DNA of 64,000 nucleotides from Klebsormidium nitens (lineage: Eukaryota > Plantae > Klebsormidiophyceae), in assembly GCA_000708835.1 (NCBI GenBank), contig DF237030.1, positions 163,907-227,906 of the forward strand. Reading direction: 5' to 3'. Of this stretch, positions 41,273 to 54,353 are shown one piece after another. The translations under genes and the position numbers were made by a program. The notes under the pieces were generated by a model. It was not told where the DNA came from, did no database searches, and was given only the letters and a program-made list of their open reading frames with translations. How positions within the stretch are numbered: position 1 is the first letter of the stretch; each line of letters begins with the position of its first letter.

Positions 41273-44200
41273 TCAGATTGTGTACTTGTTCTTTGCACCC
41301 CTATCTAGCTCCTTAGCATCCGCCTGCAACATACAGTCAAGAAATGAAGTCAGACCGAAGTCACACAAAAGCAACGGGATCCGAATGTAGATCATGCGAA
41401 CAGCTGACCAAATCTGGCACAAGAGACCGTGAGGCATGAAACCGAAGACAGCGGTCGACTGTTACCACGCGAAGAAGCTCCCCAAAGAAAGTTCTTAGCC
41501 CAAAAACGATCGGCAGTCAAAATCGAAGAAGGTGATTGCTGGCTGATCAGAACCGAACAGAGAGCATCCACGCCCATTCTTGAACTGCACGAGCAGCAAC
41601 GAGCAGCAACGAAGAAACGGATGCTAAGTTTGGACTGCAGCCAACGCCCGCAGAGTCGCAAACTTTCGCAAGCAAATAGGTGTTTAATGTCTGCTTACGT
41701 GAGTGATGTATCCGATTCGGTCGTCTGCGTCCAGGAACTCCTTCCATTGCTTAGCCAAGTTCACCTGAAAAAAGGAATAGAGATCAGATCGACACCGCTG
41801 CTTCTCTCCTCTACTCCAAAGTGACATGTTGCGACTCTTGTGCAGCACCACATATCCACGTCAGATTCGCACCAGCAACCTCCCTTGCAAAAAAAAGTTG
41901 GGTACAGAAATGCTTCCAACCTCGTCTTTTCAGTATCTGAAAAGCCTAGTGCATAAAGTGTCTTGATTAAGGTTCTTTCGATCAATTCAACCGACACAAA
42001 TTCACATGAACCAAGAGCGCGCACAAGTTGACTGATTTTGCATCAATCTTATGCTGAGAACTGGAGCACAGTAAAGTACAGAGTTGATAGAAGCAAGCTC
42101 AGACGTCCAATTGGTAAGCGGTGATAGAGTAGCACCAGACGACTGGGTCATTCCTGACCCGGTCAACTTTGAAGAGATGCACGAACATCAACCTACTTAA
42201 AGTACGAGGTCTGTAACGATTTCTGCACTCCGACGGGCCTTCTGTTGCAGGAATGAAAACGTTTCTTTGTCTTACGGCCAGGAAGGTGAAAATCGGGAAG
42301 CTGTTTTTCGTACAGACTTTGAGCAGACATGAGAACGCAGCAAACGGCTTGATAGGGTTGAAATGCAACCAACTTCTAGAACTGGCAGACTGTCTGGAAC
42401 TTATGTACAATTCAAGCAGCTCTCTGACAGAGCAAAACCTTGACAATCGCAACAACCAGCCGCCACATTTCCAGAAAACCAGCTGCGCTGAAACTGACAC
42501 ATCTCCAGAAGCCCCGGTTCCCTTTGGAACTACTTACAAAGAACCAGTCTGCAAGCAAGCGCTTCCCTTTGTCAAAAGGCTGCAGAAAGCCAAAAACGGC
42601 TTTTTGCACCTGCGCCGCCTCGTTGCTTGCCGCCTTGGTCCAGACACATCTGCATTCTCTGCCTTTCATTGAAAAAGCTGCACAGAGTCAGAATGACGCT
42701 GAACGCACCTGCCCCGCCTCGTTGCTCGCCGTCTTGGTCCAGATGGCTATTCTGTCCTCCTTGGAACGGATCTGCAGCACCACCCCGCACACTTCCTCGC
42801 CGTCGTCAAACTGCTCCCCAATCATTGCCAGCAGCTGCAAAGGCGGAAGGGAGGGCGCTTATACGCTAAGACGAGAAGTGGGATAAAGGGGGGAAACTCC
42901 AACTTATGGTGCAGGGAGGGAGCTTATATGATAAATCCAGAAGTGGGATAAAGGGGAAAGACTCCAACTTGTGGCACGCGGAGGGAGCTTATCTGATGAG
43001 TCGAGAAGTGGGGTAGAGGCAAAAATCTATAGGCTAAAAGTGAGGCAGATTCATGACACTGACTTGGGGCAGAGCAGAAACAAGGAGGGGCTTGCGAAAG
43101 AGTTGAAAGAAGGGCGAATCTAGAGCAACTGCTGGGAAGTGAGAGAAAGGAGCGAGGCCTTGGTGGTCTGCAAGGAAGAAGGCAAACTCTCAGAGCAGTG
43201 AAGCTGACAACCTCGGACATAAATAATGATGTCCAGGGAAAACGAGGTTCCAGAAAACCCCGTTCAAAATTGCCAGAGGAATCGGTGGACTCCGATAACC
43301 CAGGGTCACTCAGCATTAGTGGAAGCCCAGCTTCAGTTGTCTTTGAGGGGCTGCCTGATCTGCAAATAGCGAAGTCGGTCCTCGACAGGCCAACGAAGGC
43401 CCTGCCCGTACTTTATGGATGGCCTGTCGATTGATTTGCGCGATTTGCGCGGGGGCCTTCAAAACAAACCCTGGAATGCTCCTCTAGACTGGTGGCAACT
43501 AGCCCCATAGAGGGTCCGATTGCTCGTGCCCTTTCGAGCTTCTTACGTTCATACAACGTCAACCGGAGTTGTACTTCAACTTGAGAGCGCTCAATGAATG
43601 GATTCGATCTCCAGGCTTTTCCTCAAACTAGGTAGGCATCACTCAAGCAAAGTGCTCACCACATGCGGCCAAGTGGTAAACAACTGGAAAGAACTGTATA
43701 CGCGCACCCCCCCATACCTCGAACTTTGCCAAGAGCTTCACATGCATCCCATGAAACTCAAGCGTTGCGCTCACCGTGTGCAGCCAGAACGTATCTAGTT
43801 GCGTCGGCCCCTTGGCATCCGGACCCTTGCCTCCTTTTCGCACCGGCAATGTCCATTTGCCTCCGTGCTCACACTTCGGGTCCTCCCACTTGGGCTCGAT
43901 GCCCTTCTTGAAAAGATGCAAGTCCGCGCCAACAATCAGGTTGCTAGGCTGCACGACATTATTGAAGAGGCTGCAGAGAAGTGATAAAAGCTTCAGAAAT
44001 ATGCGAATGAGGATTTCGGAAGCGCACGATTGGGCTTTTCCATGCAGAAAGGTTTCTAGGCTGCTGAAAGTTGATTGGCGAAGTGCGGAGCCAGATGGTC
44101 TTCGGGTTTCAACTTTCTACGCTAGATGAGTTCAACCTTCTGCTGAAAAGTCTGAATAACTCTGAACTTGGCTGGAAAACCAAGCGCTATACCTGTATGC

Positions 44201-45020
44201 ACTCTAGGGTTTAAGCAGCTCACTGCCAAACAAATCGCAATATCATTTCGGTCAAGAGAAGTTGTGCCAATAACAGTTGCAAGCATCAGCATTTGAGATA
44301 TTGAAAGTACCACTCTATGGGGCCTGGGTGCGCTGGACCCTGGTGTACCATTTGCATAAGGAGGCCCTCTTTGATATACTTAAGCTATGGAAATATATTA
44401 CATCCAGATGCTAATCCAATCTTGCCCTGTAAGCCATTTGCTTCTTTACTGACTAACTTTGGCAAGTTTTCCGCGCAGAACCGGGCCCATCGTTGACACT
44501 CGAGAAGAGTGGGTGATAGAGGAAGAGGAGGATTCATACTAATACTATCACTCCAGCTTTCGACTTGGTCAGATTGACAGAGGGATTGAAACTTCTACAA
44601 GATCTGTCACCTCCGTGCAAACAGATAATTTTAGCTTCATCTTCTAGTTGGATCACATGGTAATGGTCCGCACGAAACCTCAGGTGCCACTTGTCATGAA
44701 ATTTCCTCAAGCGTGAGCTAGCAATTGCACCGACCCTCAGCTTCACTTCGCGGTGTCAAGGACCGATTACCAAACACATCCGGTTGAAAAGAGCAAGTCG
44801 CTTTTGCCCCTACTCACCACCAGAAGTCTTCTACCGTCCCAAACGTGTACACTGGCCGCATCGTGCTGCCCCACGCCTGCCCTTTCCTTGTCTGCGGGTT
44901 ATCAAACCAAAGAGTCCAGTGGTGCTCTAGAGGGTGCTTCTTAGACGCCTCGTCGGCCCCTTTTGACGGCGTAATCTCGCCCTCCTCCTTCTCAACCTTT
45001 GCATCCGCCCCCTCCGCCAT
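41273..45020 (-). CDS. eIF4E: Eukaryotic translation initiation factor 4E (class I), about 213 aa
   Basis: 5 phase-consistent exons: 45020-44818, 43970-43775, 42834-42709, 41764-41699, 41323-41273. Motifs [32 protein letters not shown]...[35 protein letters not shown]. eIF4E versus eIF(iso)4E is not resolved. Confidence 0.93.
42850..43020 (-). repeat. About 65-bp triplicated unit covering the acceptor-proximal pyrimidine-rich region of eIF4E intron 2
   Basis: gaggg(c/a)gcttat...gaagtggg recurs three times; the first two units also share ataaagggg..actccaactt. Confidence 0.8.
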
Positions 45021-46062
45021 TGATGTAAATGGCACCTCTGAAATGGCGTAGAAGCACTTCCGGTTCTTCTTAGCTTGCTGGTCTACTCTTTGCCTACAGG
45101 CTTTACTCGAGGACGTTCGCTTTCTACAAAAGCGTCTCCTGACAACCGTCTTCCTTGAAGTTGAAGGCTGAAGCTGAACTTCAAGGGCTGCAGAGATGCA
45201 CACCTCGAGTAGGTTGGAAGATGGTTGGTAGCTCAAGGACATTTGTGATCAATTGTGATGGACATATTGAGATATGCGATACAACAATGCGCGTTTCCGT
45301 TCGCAAGATACAGTCATATAAATAGCGCACCTTTCGAACGTTTGAATTTGCAATCAGCTGCATCGATGAATTTGGGAGTGATTTTAGCAGCGTATGTGTT
45401 GTCATGTACATATCCAACCGAACCTGTCAGAAAAAGCAACAGGAACGAATGCTAGAGCATTGGTTATACGGTATACCTATGTGGCTCATGATGAATCAAT
45501 AATTCATCAATTGATGCAAAAATCCGGTACTGTGACCAGTGAGTAGGATCTATCATCGTCCACTCAAGATTGTCAGAGTCTCCGTTTCACGCAGCAGAGC
45601 TACGTCAGGCGTCCAATCCCACAATAAATGCCAATGCCCAAGCATTCACAATCTCGTCATTGCATTGTTGAGCTTGTCAGGATTCAGGAAAGGTTGTTGT
45701 CAATGAGGTAGATTTTGAACCTACAGGTAAAAGTGGGTAAAAGTGGTTTCGAAGACGATTGCTTTCTGTGATAGAGCTTTTGAAGCCAGATTCCGATTCA
45801 GCTGTCAGATTAGCAGAGGCGCTTTGGTGCGGGTGTCATTCTGAGCTTGTTGTGTTCTTGATGATGAGCAATTGTTGTCTGGATTCTCATTGGCATTGTT
45901 GAAGCGAATTGTGGAAAACAGAGGCAGTTGATTCATTTGAAGGTTTGAAGGCAATTCAAGCGCAGAGTAGGGTTAACAAAAGCCTCATCGCATCGCAATC
46001 CAGCTGGGGCTCTGGGAGAAACCGTAGGAGAAACCGCAGGACGACAATCAGAAGTGAACGAC

Positions 46063-48420
46063 ATGCAGCAGCCCTCGGGGGGCCCAGCACAGGCGCCCTT
46101 CCCCGCGAGCTCAATCACCACTGAACTCATACAAAAGGTGAGGGATAGATGCGTGGCAGCAAAGGCTTAAAGAGATAATCACTTTCTCGAGCCTTGTGCT
46201 TTAACACAGGAATCTTGACAATTGCGTTGAATGCGGGTTGAGGTGATTCAGGGATGGGGGCTTTATTGCATACCACTCAATATTGGACAATTGCCAGATG
46301 TTACCTCTAGAACCGTCAGGACTGTGCATTGGATCTTCGTTGATTCCTTGAAAAGGTTCCCAACACTTCCATGCTATTCTTTCTTGTGCCTTGAAAGCAT
46401 ATCAAACTTTTGTGGGCGAGTGCAGTAACAGAAATATGCAATTACTTAGTAGAAAATAGTGTCAGATCACGATTTTTCCTCTAAATTGCCGCTCACAATT
46501 GCGAAGAAAACCAGCCCGTGGGGTCCTTGCAGTATCTCGACGAGAACAAGCAACTGATTCTTGCCATTCTAGACAACCAGAGCCTGGGAAAGCTGACGGA
46601 ATGCGCTCAGTGAGTCCTCCGACCCACTCCTCTCATCCCTTTGTGGGCTTCTTTTCTTTTTCCTGGAAGACCAACACAGAAGTAGAGCCAAACAAGTCCA
46701 TTGCTGACTTCCGTCATTTTAAGACAATAGCGATGTCGATTTTGTGAAGACGTGCACCTGGCGAAATGAGAAGCAAGTTTTGGGGGCACTGCAATCGTAG
46801 GGGTTTTTGTCTTATGTTTTCACCAGATGCTTAGGCGAGCACGGACACAGCCGTTAGGAATTCTCGTTCATATCATGTCCACTAAGGAACCATTCTTTGC
46901 ACTCAATTGAAGCTTGGTGCGTTGGAATTGCGACGGCCCACTTAAGGTGGGTACTAAGTGTTTGTCCTAGATAACTCCCCACGGGGGTAACAGCAGGTCA
47001 GTGACCAGAATATACCTGTCAAATAGGTAGGGAACTTCCTGAAATATCACTCACCAGATGGAAGCTTGGACAGAACATCGTTAGCGAAAGTGGCTGTGGA
47101 AGCTCTTGAATTGGCTTTTCCCCGTTTAAGAACTTCCTTTTTTGACGTGGTCTGCTTTGTTAGGAAGATCTCATCCTGACGCGTTGCCGAACACTCTCTC
47201 CCTGAAAAGATTGGGGAAAGACTTGGAAAAGAGTGCATGCAAAGACGGTGGCTTGCCATCTATCTTCGCTGCTGATCCTTTCGTTCTGACACCCTTGCGC
47301 AATTTGTATTGCAGCTATCAGGCACGGCTGCAGCAGAACTTGATGTTTCTGGCCGCCATAGCTGATGCGCAGCCGCAGGCGCCCCAACCGGCACCCCCAG
47401 TAAGGCTTCCATTCGGGCACACCTCAATGAATGCTGTTTCTGCAATGCTACTCCTCAAGAAGATTGTTCGAAGCAGCGAGCTGCGCTTTTGACACTGCCC
47501 AACCCCTTTAGAGCAGTCGCTTTTTGTGCTTAGTTGTTATCATTGTCAACAAGATCTGTGAACCGGAGTCAAACTGATTGTAGTCCCACGGCCACTCCCA
47601 AAATATGCTGGTGATAAGCAGGATGAAACCACAGAGTAGAAGAAGCGGACCGATTGTATGCATCCGTGGGTCTCGTTGACGTGTTGTAGAAAGTTCTTGG
47701 TCTTTGTGCTTGTGCATGTTTCCATGTTGGGTACTGTCATTCCGCCCTCTTTGTATATGACGACAAGTGGCTGGCATGTAACACTGCAGATAAGTTTCGA
47801 AAAGCTATCGTAAGATTGGACGTCAGAAGGGCCTCGGCGAACGTAGTCAGACTGCAGGCTTCTCGAGCCTGCTTTTGAAAACGAAGCTGAGAATAAGAGG
47901 CGGGCAGAGTCAGCATATCCTAAAGCTTCTGTAGTAAAGCCGAGGAAGCATTGCGCCCTGGTGTCAATATTTCAGAACAGAGATTCCTTGATTAGAAGAC
48001 ACAGATTCACAACGCGTGGCAAAGAAGGACGGCAGCTGAAGAGCTTTCCCCGTTGCAGCGTCCCCCCTCGCCCTCCTGGATGTCTATCATGCAAGGTACA
48101 CTGTCAATCAATTTACCGAATCCGCCCTCTCAAAACCTTGTGGTCGTTTTTTGCAGCAGCCGGCGGCGCCCCCTCCCCAGCCTAGTTTCAACAATTTCCA
48201 AAGTCAGCCCCCCCAGTCGTCTTACCCGGCCCCGGCTCCCTCGTTCAGTCAGCCCCAAACTCAGGCGCCGAGTCAGCCCGCCCTACCTGCGCAGAGTCGG
48301 CCCTGTACTTCTGCGGGGGATCCCCTAAAAGAAAGCGCGCCGCAAGAGGGCAATAAACCGGAGGAAAGCACTCCGATGGAAGGCGTATCTCGGTCTGAGG
48401 GGGGCCCCGCCCCGGGTTAG
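46063..48420 (+). CDS. GIF: GRF-interacting factor (SSXT/SNH domain coactivator), about 166 aa
   Basis: 4 phase-consistent exons: 46063-46137, 46533-46609, 47315-47399, 48157-48420. SNH domain ITTELIQKYLDENKQLILAILDNQSLGKLTECAHYQARLQQNLMFLAAIADAQPQ followed by a P/Q/S-rich tail. Confidence 0.92.
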
Positions 48421-49699
48421 TGTTGAGCAGGAAGGGTAAAGGGAGGGTTCTGCTGATATGATTGCTAGGAAACGTGGCGTAATGGATCCCCAATCGTGCA
48501 GGGGTCGCTTCCAAGTATTGTCAAAGTCCTGTGCAGCAACCAAAGGACAGTCAAAAAGCTCATACTCCATGTCGGTTTGAGTTACTTAAGTGCTAGGAAG
48601 CCTCGGGAAAAGTAACATCGTCCAAGGCGCTGGAGTTGTTTATAGATAACATACACTAAGAGTTCAGTTTGGAGATTCAGAATCACACATACGCTGCGGC
48701 TGAGCCAACTGTCAGTCATTGAGTCAAGTCAATAAAACGATTCTAACAATTGTAGATCAAGGGCAAATTGGACTTCAACAAGTTTCTAGGTGCTGGAAGC
48801 TCTATGTAAGTTCAGGCCAACCGTATGAATGATCAAGCTGCTCATGACACATTGAGCTTGCGCATAGCAAGGCGGCGCTGTTCATGGTTTCTGGTGTACT
48901 GTACGTATGAAACCAATGGATCCGTTGGACGTGGTTTCAAACATACGCGCGCGCGGTACTAGCTGTGGCTATAGGCATCATGGCACATGCACGCAATCTG
49001 GATCCCGTGTGAGACTCTCGGCCGTCTCAGTATATACGTCCGGTTAAAAGTTTTTGAATTGGCCGTCACAATGATGCGTGTCGCAGCTGGGATCTGGCAC
49101 CGGGCCAGGATCGGATCAAGATCGAGCCGAGAGAGCTGCGCACCACTCCAATCAGAATACAGTCGATGCATTGCACGGCACGAGTCGTGGGTTGCACGGG
49201 GGCCTGTCCTTTGATTACAATAGACTATGTACAGGTACTTTGGTGGACATTTATTCAAGCTTGCTTGCTCACTATTCGAATCTCTCTAGACCCCGACCTC
49301 TTCAGAACTTGCGACTTTATCTACACAACCACTTTAGTGAACGCTACTGGGCTGACCAACGATCCACATCAGCAGGTTGGCCCGATGCAGAAATTTGGAA
49401 AGCATCACATCGAAGTGCAGACCAGCCGGCTGCGGCCGCTCAATTGCAACTAACCTTGGGTACGGACTCTTCTTTGGGTGCCCTCTTTGCACCTAACGTA
49501 CAGCGAGCCTTCGTCTTTCCACAAAGCTTGAGGACCTTGATTTCTACCGTACAACTCTGATACAAACGTCGTCCCATCGGTTCTAGGAACCGCTTCCATC
49601 GTCAACACCTTGCAAACATCAAAAACGCTACAAACGCAGTCACCGTGACCGCTTTCTCGTTCGTCACGGCGTCTCAAACTCAGAACCGCCGCAAAAGCC

Positions 49700-52261
49700 C
49701 TACTTTTTCCTCACAATCGTCCGTTCCTCTTCCCACCGCACCTCCTCGTCTTTCAACCGCTTCAGATCCGCCTCCAGCCTTTGTATCCGCCTATGCCTGT
49801 CGTTCGCCCGCGCCCTTTGCCACCTCTTCAACTGATCGACGGCCCGCGTCGAAAGCGCCCCCCCCACTACAAACTTTTCCACCATTGGCAGCACGGCGCT
49901 CCTTCCTCTCTCGGCGAGCCACTGGATTCGACGGGGGCCGCTCGTAAGCGCCGGCAGCAGGAGGACGCGGGTGAGAGCGAGGGCCCCCAGCGACGCTCCG
50001 CCGACGGCTGCAAACAACGAAACAACGTGGAAAAACGTTACATAAAGGAAACAAAACCCTTTGGAGACTCTGTTTGGAATTCCCTGAAAGCCTTAGTCGA
50101 GGACTGATGATCTCATGTGTCCAGTCTTGCCTGACCCATGGGAAGAACCTCAAAATGGGCAGGTTGGAGCCATTTGATACGTTTGTGGAAGGAATGGCTC
50201 TTCGCAACATCTTGATTTACAAGAAAACGGGACCCGGTTTTTAAGTTCTTAAGTTCACTCGGCTTTTGGTCAGCGGCTGAAGTCAGCTTCGCTCTGATGC
50301 AGTGAACTTGACTAGCCTCCTGTAAATTCCCTTCGTTTGAGCAAGGACTTGAAGCACTTTAAAAAACAGAACTGGCTTTTGAAATAATCTTGTCCAACTT
50401 GAGAGGACTGCGTGGGTGAGAGGAGACTTCTTTCAGATTTGTTGACCGCTAACCAAGACACTTCGCAAACAGGTAAGTGAGGGCGCTGAAAGAAACTGTG
50501 GACTTGATCCAAAGACGCAGCATTTTAGCTGGAAGAGAAGCATTAACTTCGAGAAACGCACTGACTTCAGAGGATGTATGTCTCGATACCTGTCACGAAA
50601 AGGGAGAACAGAGACTGATATACCCCGTGCAGAGACAAGGGAGGCTTAGTTCGCAAACTAGAGGCATTTGACTCGAACAGCCAGGATGAAGAGATCAACT
50701 TCTGAATCAGTTCAGAAGCCTCCAAAATTCCGCAAGGAAAAAAGGAACTTGGGAAGAAGAAAAGCTGTTTGGAAAGCAATGTACCTTCCAGAGGTAGGGC
50801 CGCTATCCCTTGGCAAGGCAAGCCGATTCCGACGCCAACCGCCGTCCACCCGATACTAAACCCTGCACCACCATGTTCATTACACTGTCAAAAAGTTTAT
50901 CGTCTTTACGGCACAAACGAACTTCGTCCATTCTACTGCTTGGATGTAGACTTACGACCGAGCTGATTAAAGACCTTCTATAGAAGGACGAGCTGTGTCC
51001 ATCGTGGACTGCAAGGCCACATTTCCATGACGGCGCCGTTCGGCAACCGTCACATAACAGATAACAGATTAATCTCTGTAGTTGAAAGGCAAGGGAAAGC
51101 TCAACTACCCGCCCTGTGTTTCATGACGCCATGGAAGCAGCAAAGCAGGGGAGCAAAGACGTGCAACTCAAGTACAGAGCGATCTCGAAGGCTGCACTGT
51201 GTCAGAGGACCCAGCTTTCGCCAAGAAAGCATCGAGTCAATGGCTTAGCCACGGGCGTTTACCATTGACAAAAGCTCTGCTCGTCTCTGTCTTGTGATAA
51301 GTATGAGTGACACTTGATGTTAACAAACATATGCGATGGAGCCTTCGACGGGCAAAAGCTTCTTTGAAAGGAAATTGAGGGTGTATGACTCGTTTGGCCA
51401 GTCTGCACAAAATGTGGGACACTAATAATGTGGGACACTAATGTAGGGCCTTCTTGCATCACTCAAAGGCATACTTCTGGTACAAGAAAGGGGAAGGGCT
51501 TCGACAGAGTTCTGCTGCGAGAACCTCACCAAGACCGCAGCCAGCCCTGCAAAATAGAAAAAGGAGGCAGTTACTGCCCGGCTGCCACCTTCCAAGAATA
51601 AAAGGTAGAAACATTGAAGACTTTGTAAAGACAAATAGTACAAGGACAAGGTCTGTATCTACTGCAGGGGCAGAGCTTATCAGGCCGCGGCAAGAGTTTT
51701 AGTGTCCATTTGTAGTGCCCTTGTTCCGACTTACCCAACATAACCGATGACTTCTGGGCCAAACCCCGGTCCTGCAACAAAACCTCACGTTCAAGAGTCA
51801 GCCAGAACATTCGCATTGAAAAACAACCAGCTTTTCAATACATGTCCAAGTGATGCCTAGCCAAACTCTGCAAATACAAGTGGGGAGCATTCGAACCGGA
51901 GCAACAGTTGAAGCTAAAGAAACACGAAGCTGGACTCCAACCCATCTCTGCAATCACGGTTCAAAATGGGGTGCTGACTGATATTCTGCGTGCACGTCGA
52001 AACAGTTGCGAAGCATCGATCAATCAGTGCTTGGGTCACTGGAAGACAACTCGAGAGTGCATAGGGATGTGCATTAGATATGCAATCAAGCAGCTCAGAG
52101 AAACAAGTAGGCCAAGCACGGCCGTCTCCCTGCTGGCTCGCCAGCTGAAACTCACCAACGCCCACGCCGCAGCCCACGCCTAAACCAAAGCCCCAGAAAG
52201 CCCCAGCGGTTGGGTGCACGGGGTTCCAAGAGCGGTACTTCCGAATGAAAGCGGAGACCAT
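49700..52261 (-). CDS. AS8: Cadmium-induced protein AS8 homolog (Gly-rich), about 181 aa
   Basis: 5 phase-consistent exons: 52261-52156, 51771-51735, 51546-51530, 50862-50785, 50007-49700. Joined sequence RKYRSWNPVHPTAGAFWGFGLGVGCGVGVGPGFGPEVIGYVGAGCGLGFSIGWTAVGVGIGLP matches the plant AS8 signature as I recall it. Confidence 0.87.
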
Positions 52262-54353
52262 CTCTTAATACAGAACAGCAGCTTCGTACATTTGCTCAAA
52301 TACGTTTCTGCGATATGCCAAGTGCTGTGAAACGGGGCTCAAGCGGCTGATGCTTGGCGACCACATTGGGACCAGAATGGCAGATTGGCCGAAAGAAGCA
52401 ATGCGCTCTTATTACAATGGCAGCCCTTGACAGGTTTGAAGTGCGAGCCATTCAACTGTTCAATGTTCAGTGTCCAAAGCCATTTGCCAAAAGGTTAAGG
52501 ATTGTGGTTAACTAAAGAGCCACGGCCAGGCGCTGTTCGCTGAACCGGCAGACAGATCAAACCCGACCCGAAGAGCCAATACAAGAGGGAGGCCGGCTGA
52601 CGGAGCAAACAGACGGCAGCAATTCTAAGATAGGGTAGATTAACGGGCAGTCAGAGAATATAACCAAGAACGAAACACTGCAGATCAAACCTCCATTTGT
52701 GCTGCCACGTTGCTGAATGAGCAGGATTGGAGTTTGAAGAAGGAAGACGTTGGCGATACTACATAGCGCCGCTTAGTACTGCTAGGACGAAAACTTTCAG
52801 GACGTTCTTCCTGGAAAGTAGAGGAGCCGATCAACTCTTGAAAGTTGCCTGAATCCTTTGATTGACGATAGCGGCTCACTTTCGCAGCACAACAGCGTGT
52901 CTTAGAATCAACCGCAAGCGGTTGCATGATGGCGGGGTCTGGGTCATCGTTTGGGTATTTTCTGACATGGTCGCGATACATGGCTGCCAAAGTGAAGGAG
53001 GTGGTCGCCTTGCATGGGAAGGTAAGCTGCTGCCTTGGCTCCGCTCAACACGAGACTGATCCCGGTCCCATCGAATGAAACAAGAATCTAACGACGCTTC
53101 TGAGTTTCAATGGTCCAAAGTTTTTGGAAGCGAGTGCGTCATCTAGCACTTACTTTCGGTTCGCTGATGGATGCAGAAATGCTTCATTGGTTTGCATACG
53201 CTGGTCGATTGAATGATTGAATACATCACTCTCATGTTTTTCCGTCATGCCCGCCCCTCATGAACCTTATTTGAAGTGTCGACAAGGTTCGCAATCGATG
53301 TGGCGGTGCTCCCTTCGTGATATTTATTCATGACATAGTTGACATATTTACAAAACATAAGCCGTTCAAACTGGTTGTAAGGATTATGCTGTGCTGTGCT
53401 AGCCTGCGGCGAGGGGTGGTGTTCAATTGTGCGTAGGAATATAAACTAGGCTATTCTTCACAAAAAGCTTTTGGAGAAGGGTATTGATTGGAACGTTGGC
53501 TCCAGTTGCTGTAATTTGGGGAATGCATCGGGTCTCAAGGGTCAATGATTGTCGTTGAAATGGTTGGGTTTCGTTTTAGGGTTTCCTGGCTGGTCAGTGC
53601 CCCATTGTTCCTGAACGATGTCAGCAAGCGCTCCGATAGCTACCTCACGATAGAGAACTGTTTATCCTGATTTGTTGCCATCATTTCTTGATTGCTCAGA
53701 CTTGTCCGGTTCAAAAGTTCAATCAATTGAGCCTTTGGTGGACTAAGATCGACTGTTTGTCCATGCTGATGTTAGGGGCAGCCTCGGTGAGCTGCGGGTG
53801 CCGTAATTTCTATGCTAATCAGACTCTATTCTCTGATCGGTGTTTCTGGTTCTTAATAAGAGTTGATTACTTAGATCTGAGAGGAGGCAGCCGTCGATAT
53901 ATACCACTTTCCAAGTAGCTCTCGAGTCCACATTCGCTGGGGGTTTGCTTGTCCAATACAAGGTCACACCTCCCTAGATCTGGTTCGTAATCTTCGTGCC
54001 GCCTTTTCAAGTTCTCTTTGCTAGAGAAAGATACGTAGTACAGTTGAGATGGATGGATTTCAGGGGAAGAGAACTGAGATTGTTAGCATGCGGGCAGAGC
54101 CAGGTAACAGCAGTCGTTCTGAAAACCGCAGTGCGAAGCACAATCACCTCAGTCCAGTGATTTCTTCTTGAAATCGCCCCTGCCTCATTTGACTGATTCA
54201 TGCAAGGACCCTGGAGTTAGTTCCTGAAACATCCACGTCCACAAGCACAGTCACAGCAAGAGCGCCGACTCACATAGTCATTTCATATCATCGCCATCGA
54301 TGAGAAGTCGATTCAAACCGTTCCTCAACGAAACTCCTCTTCCATTTTGCCAG

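Noticed and set aside
48959-49560. Overlapping ORFs between the GIF and AS8 3' ends
   Set aside because: No motifs, no coding-like codon bias and no splice structure; probably UTR or decayed DNA.
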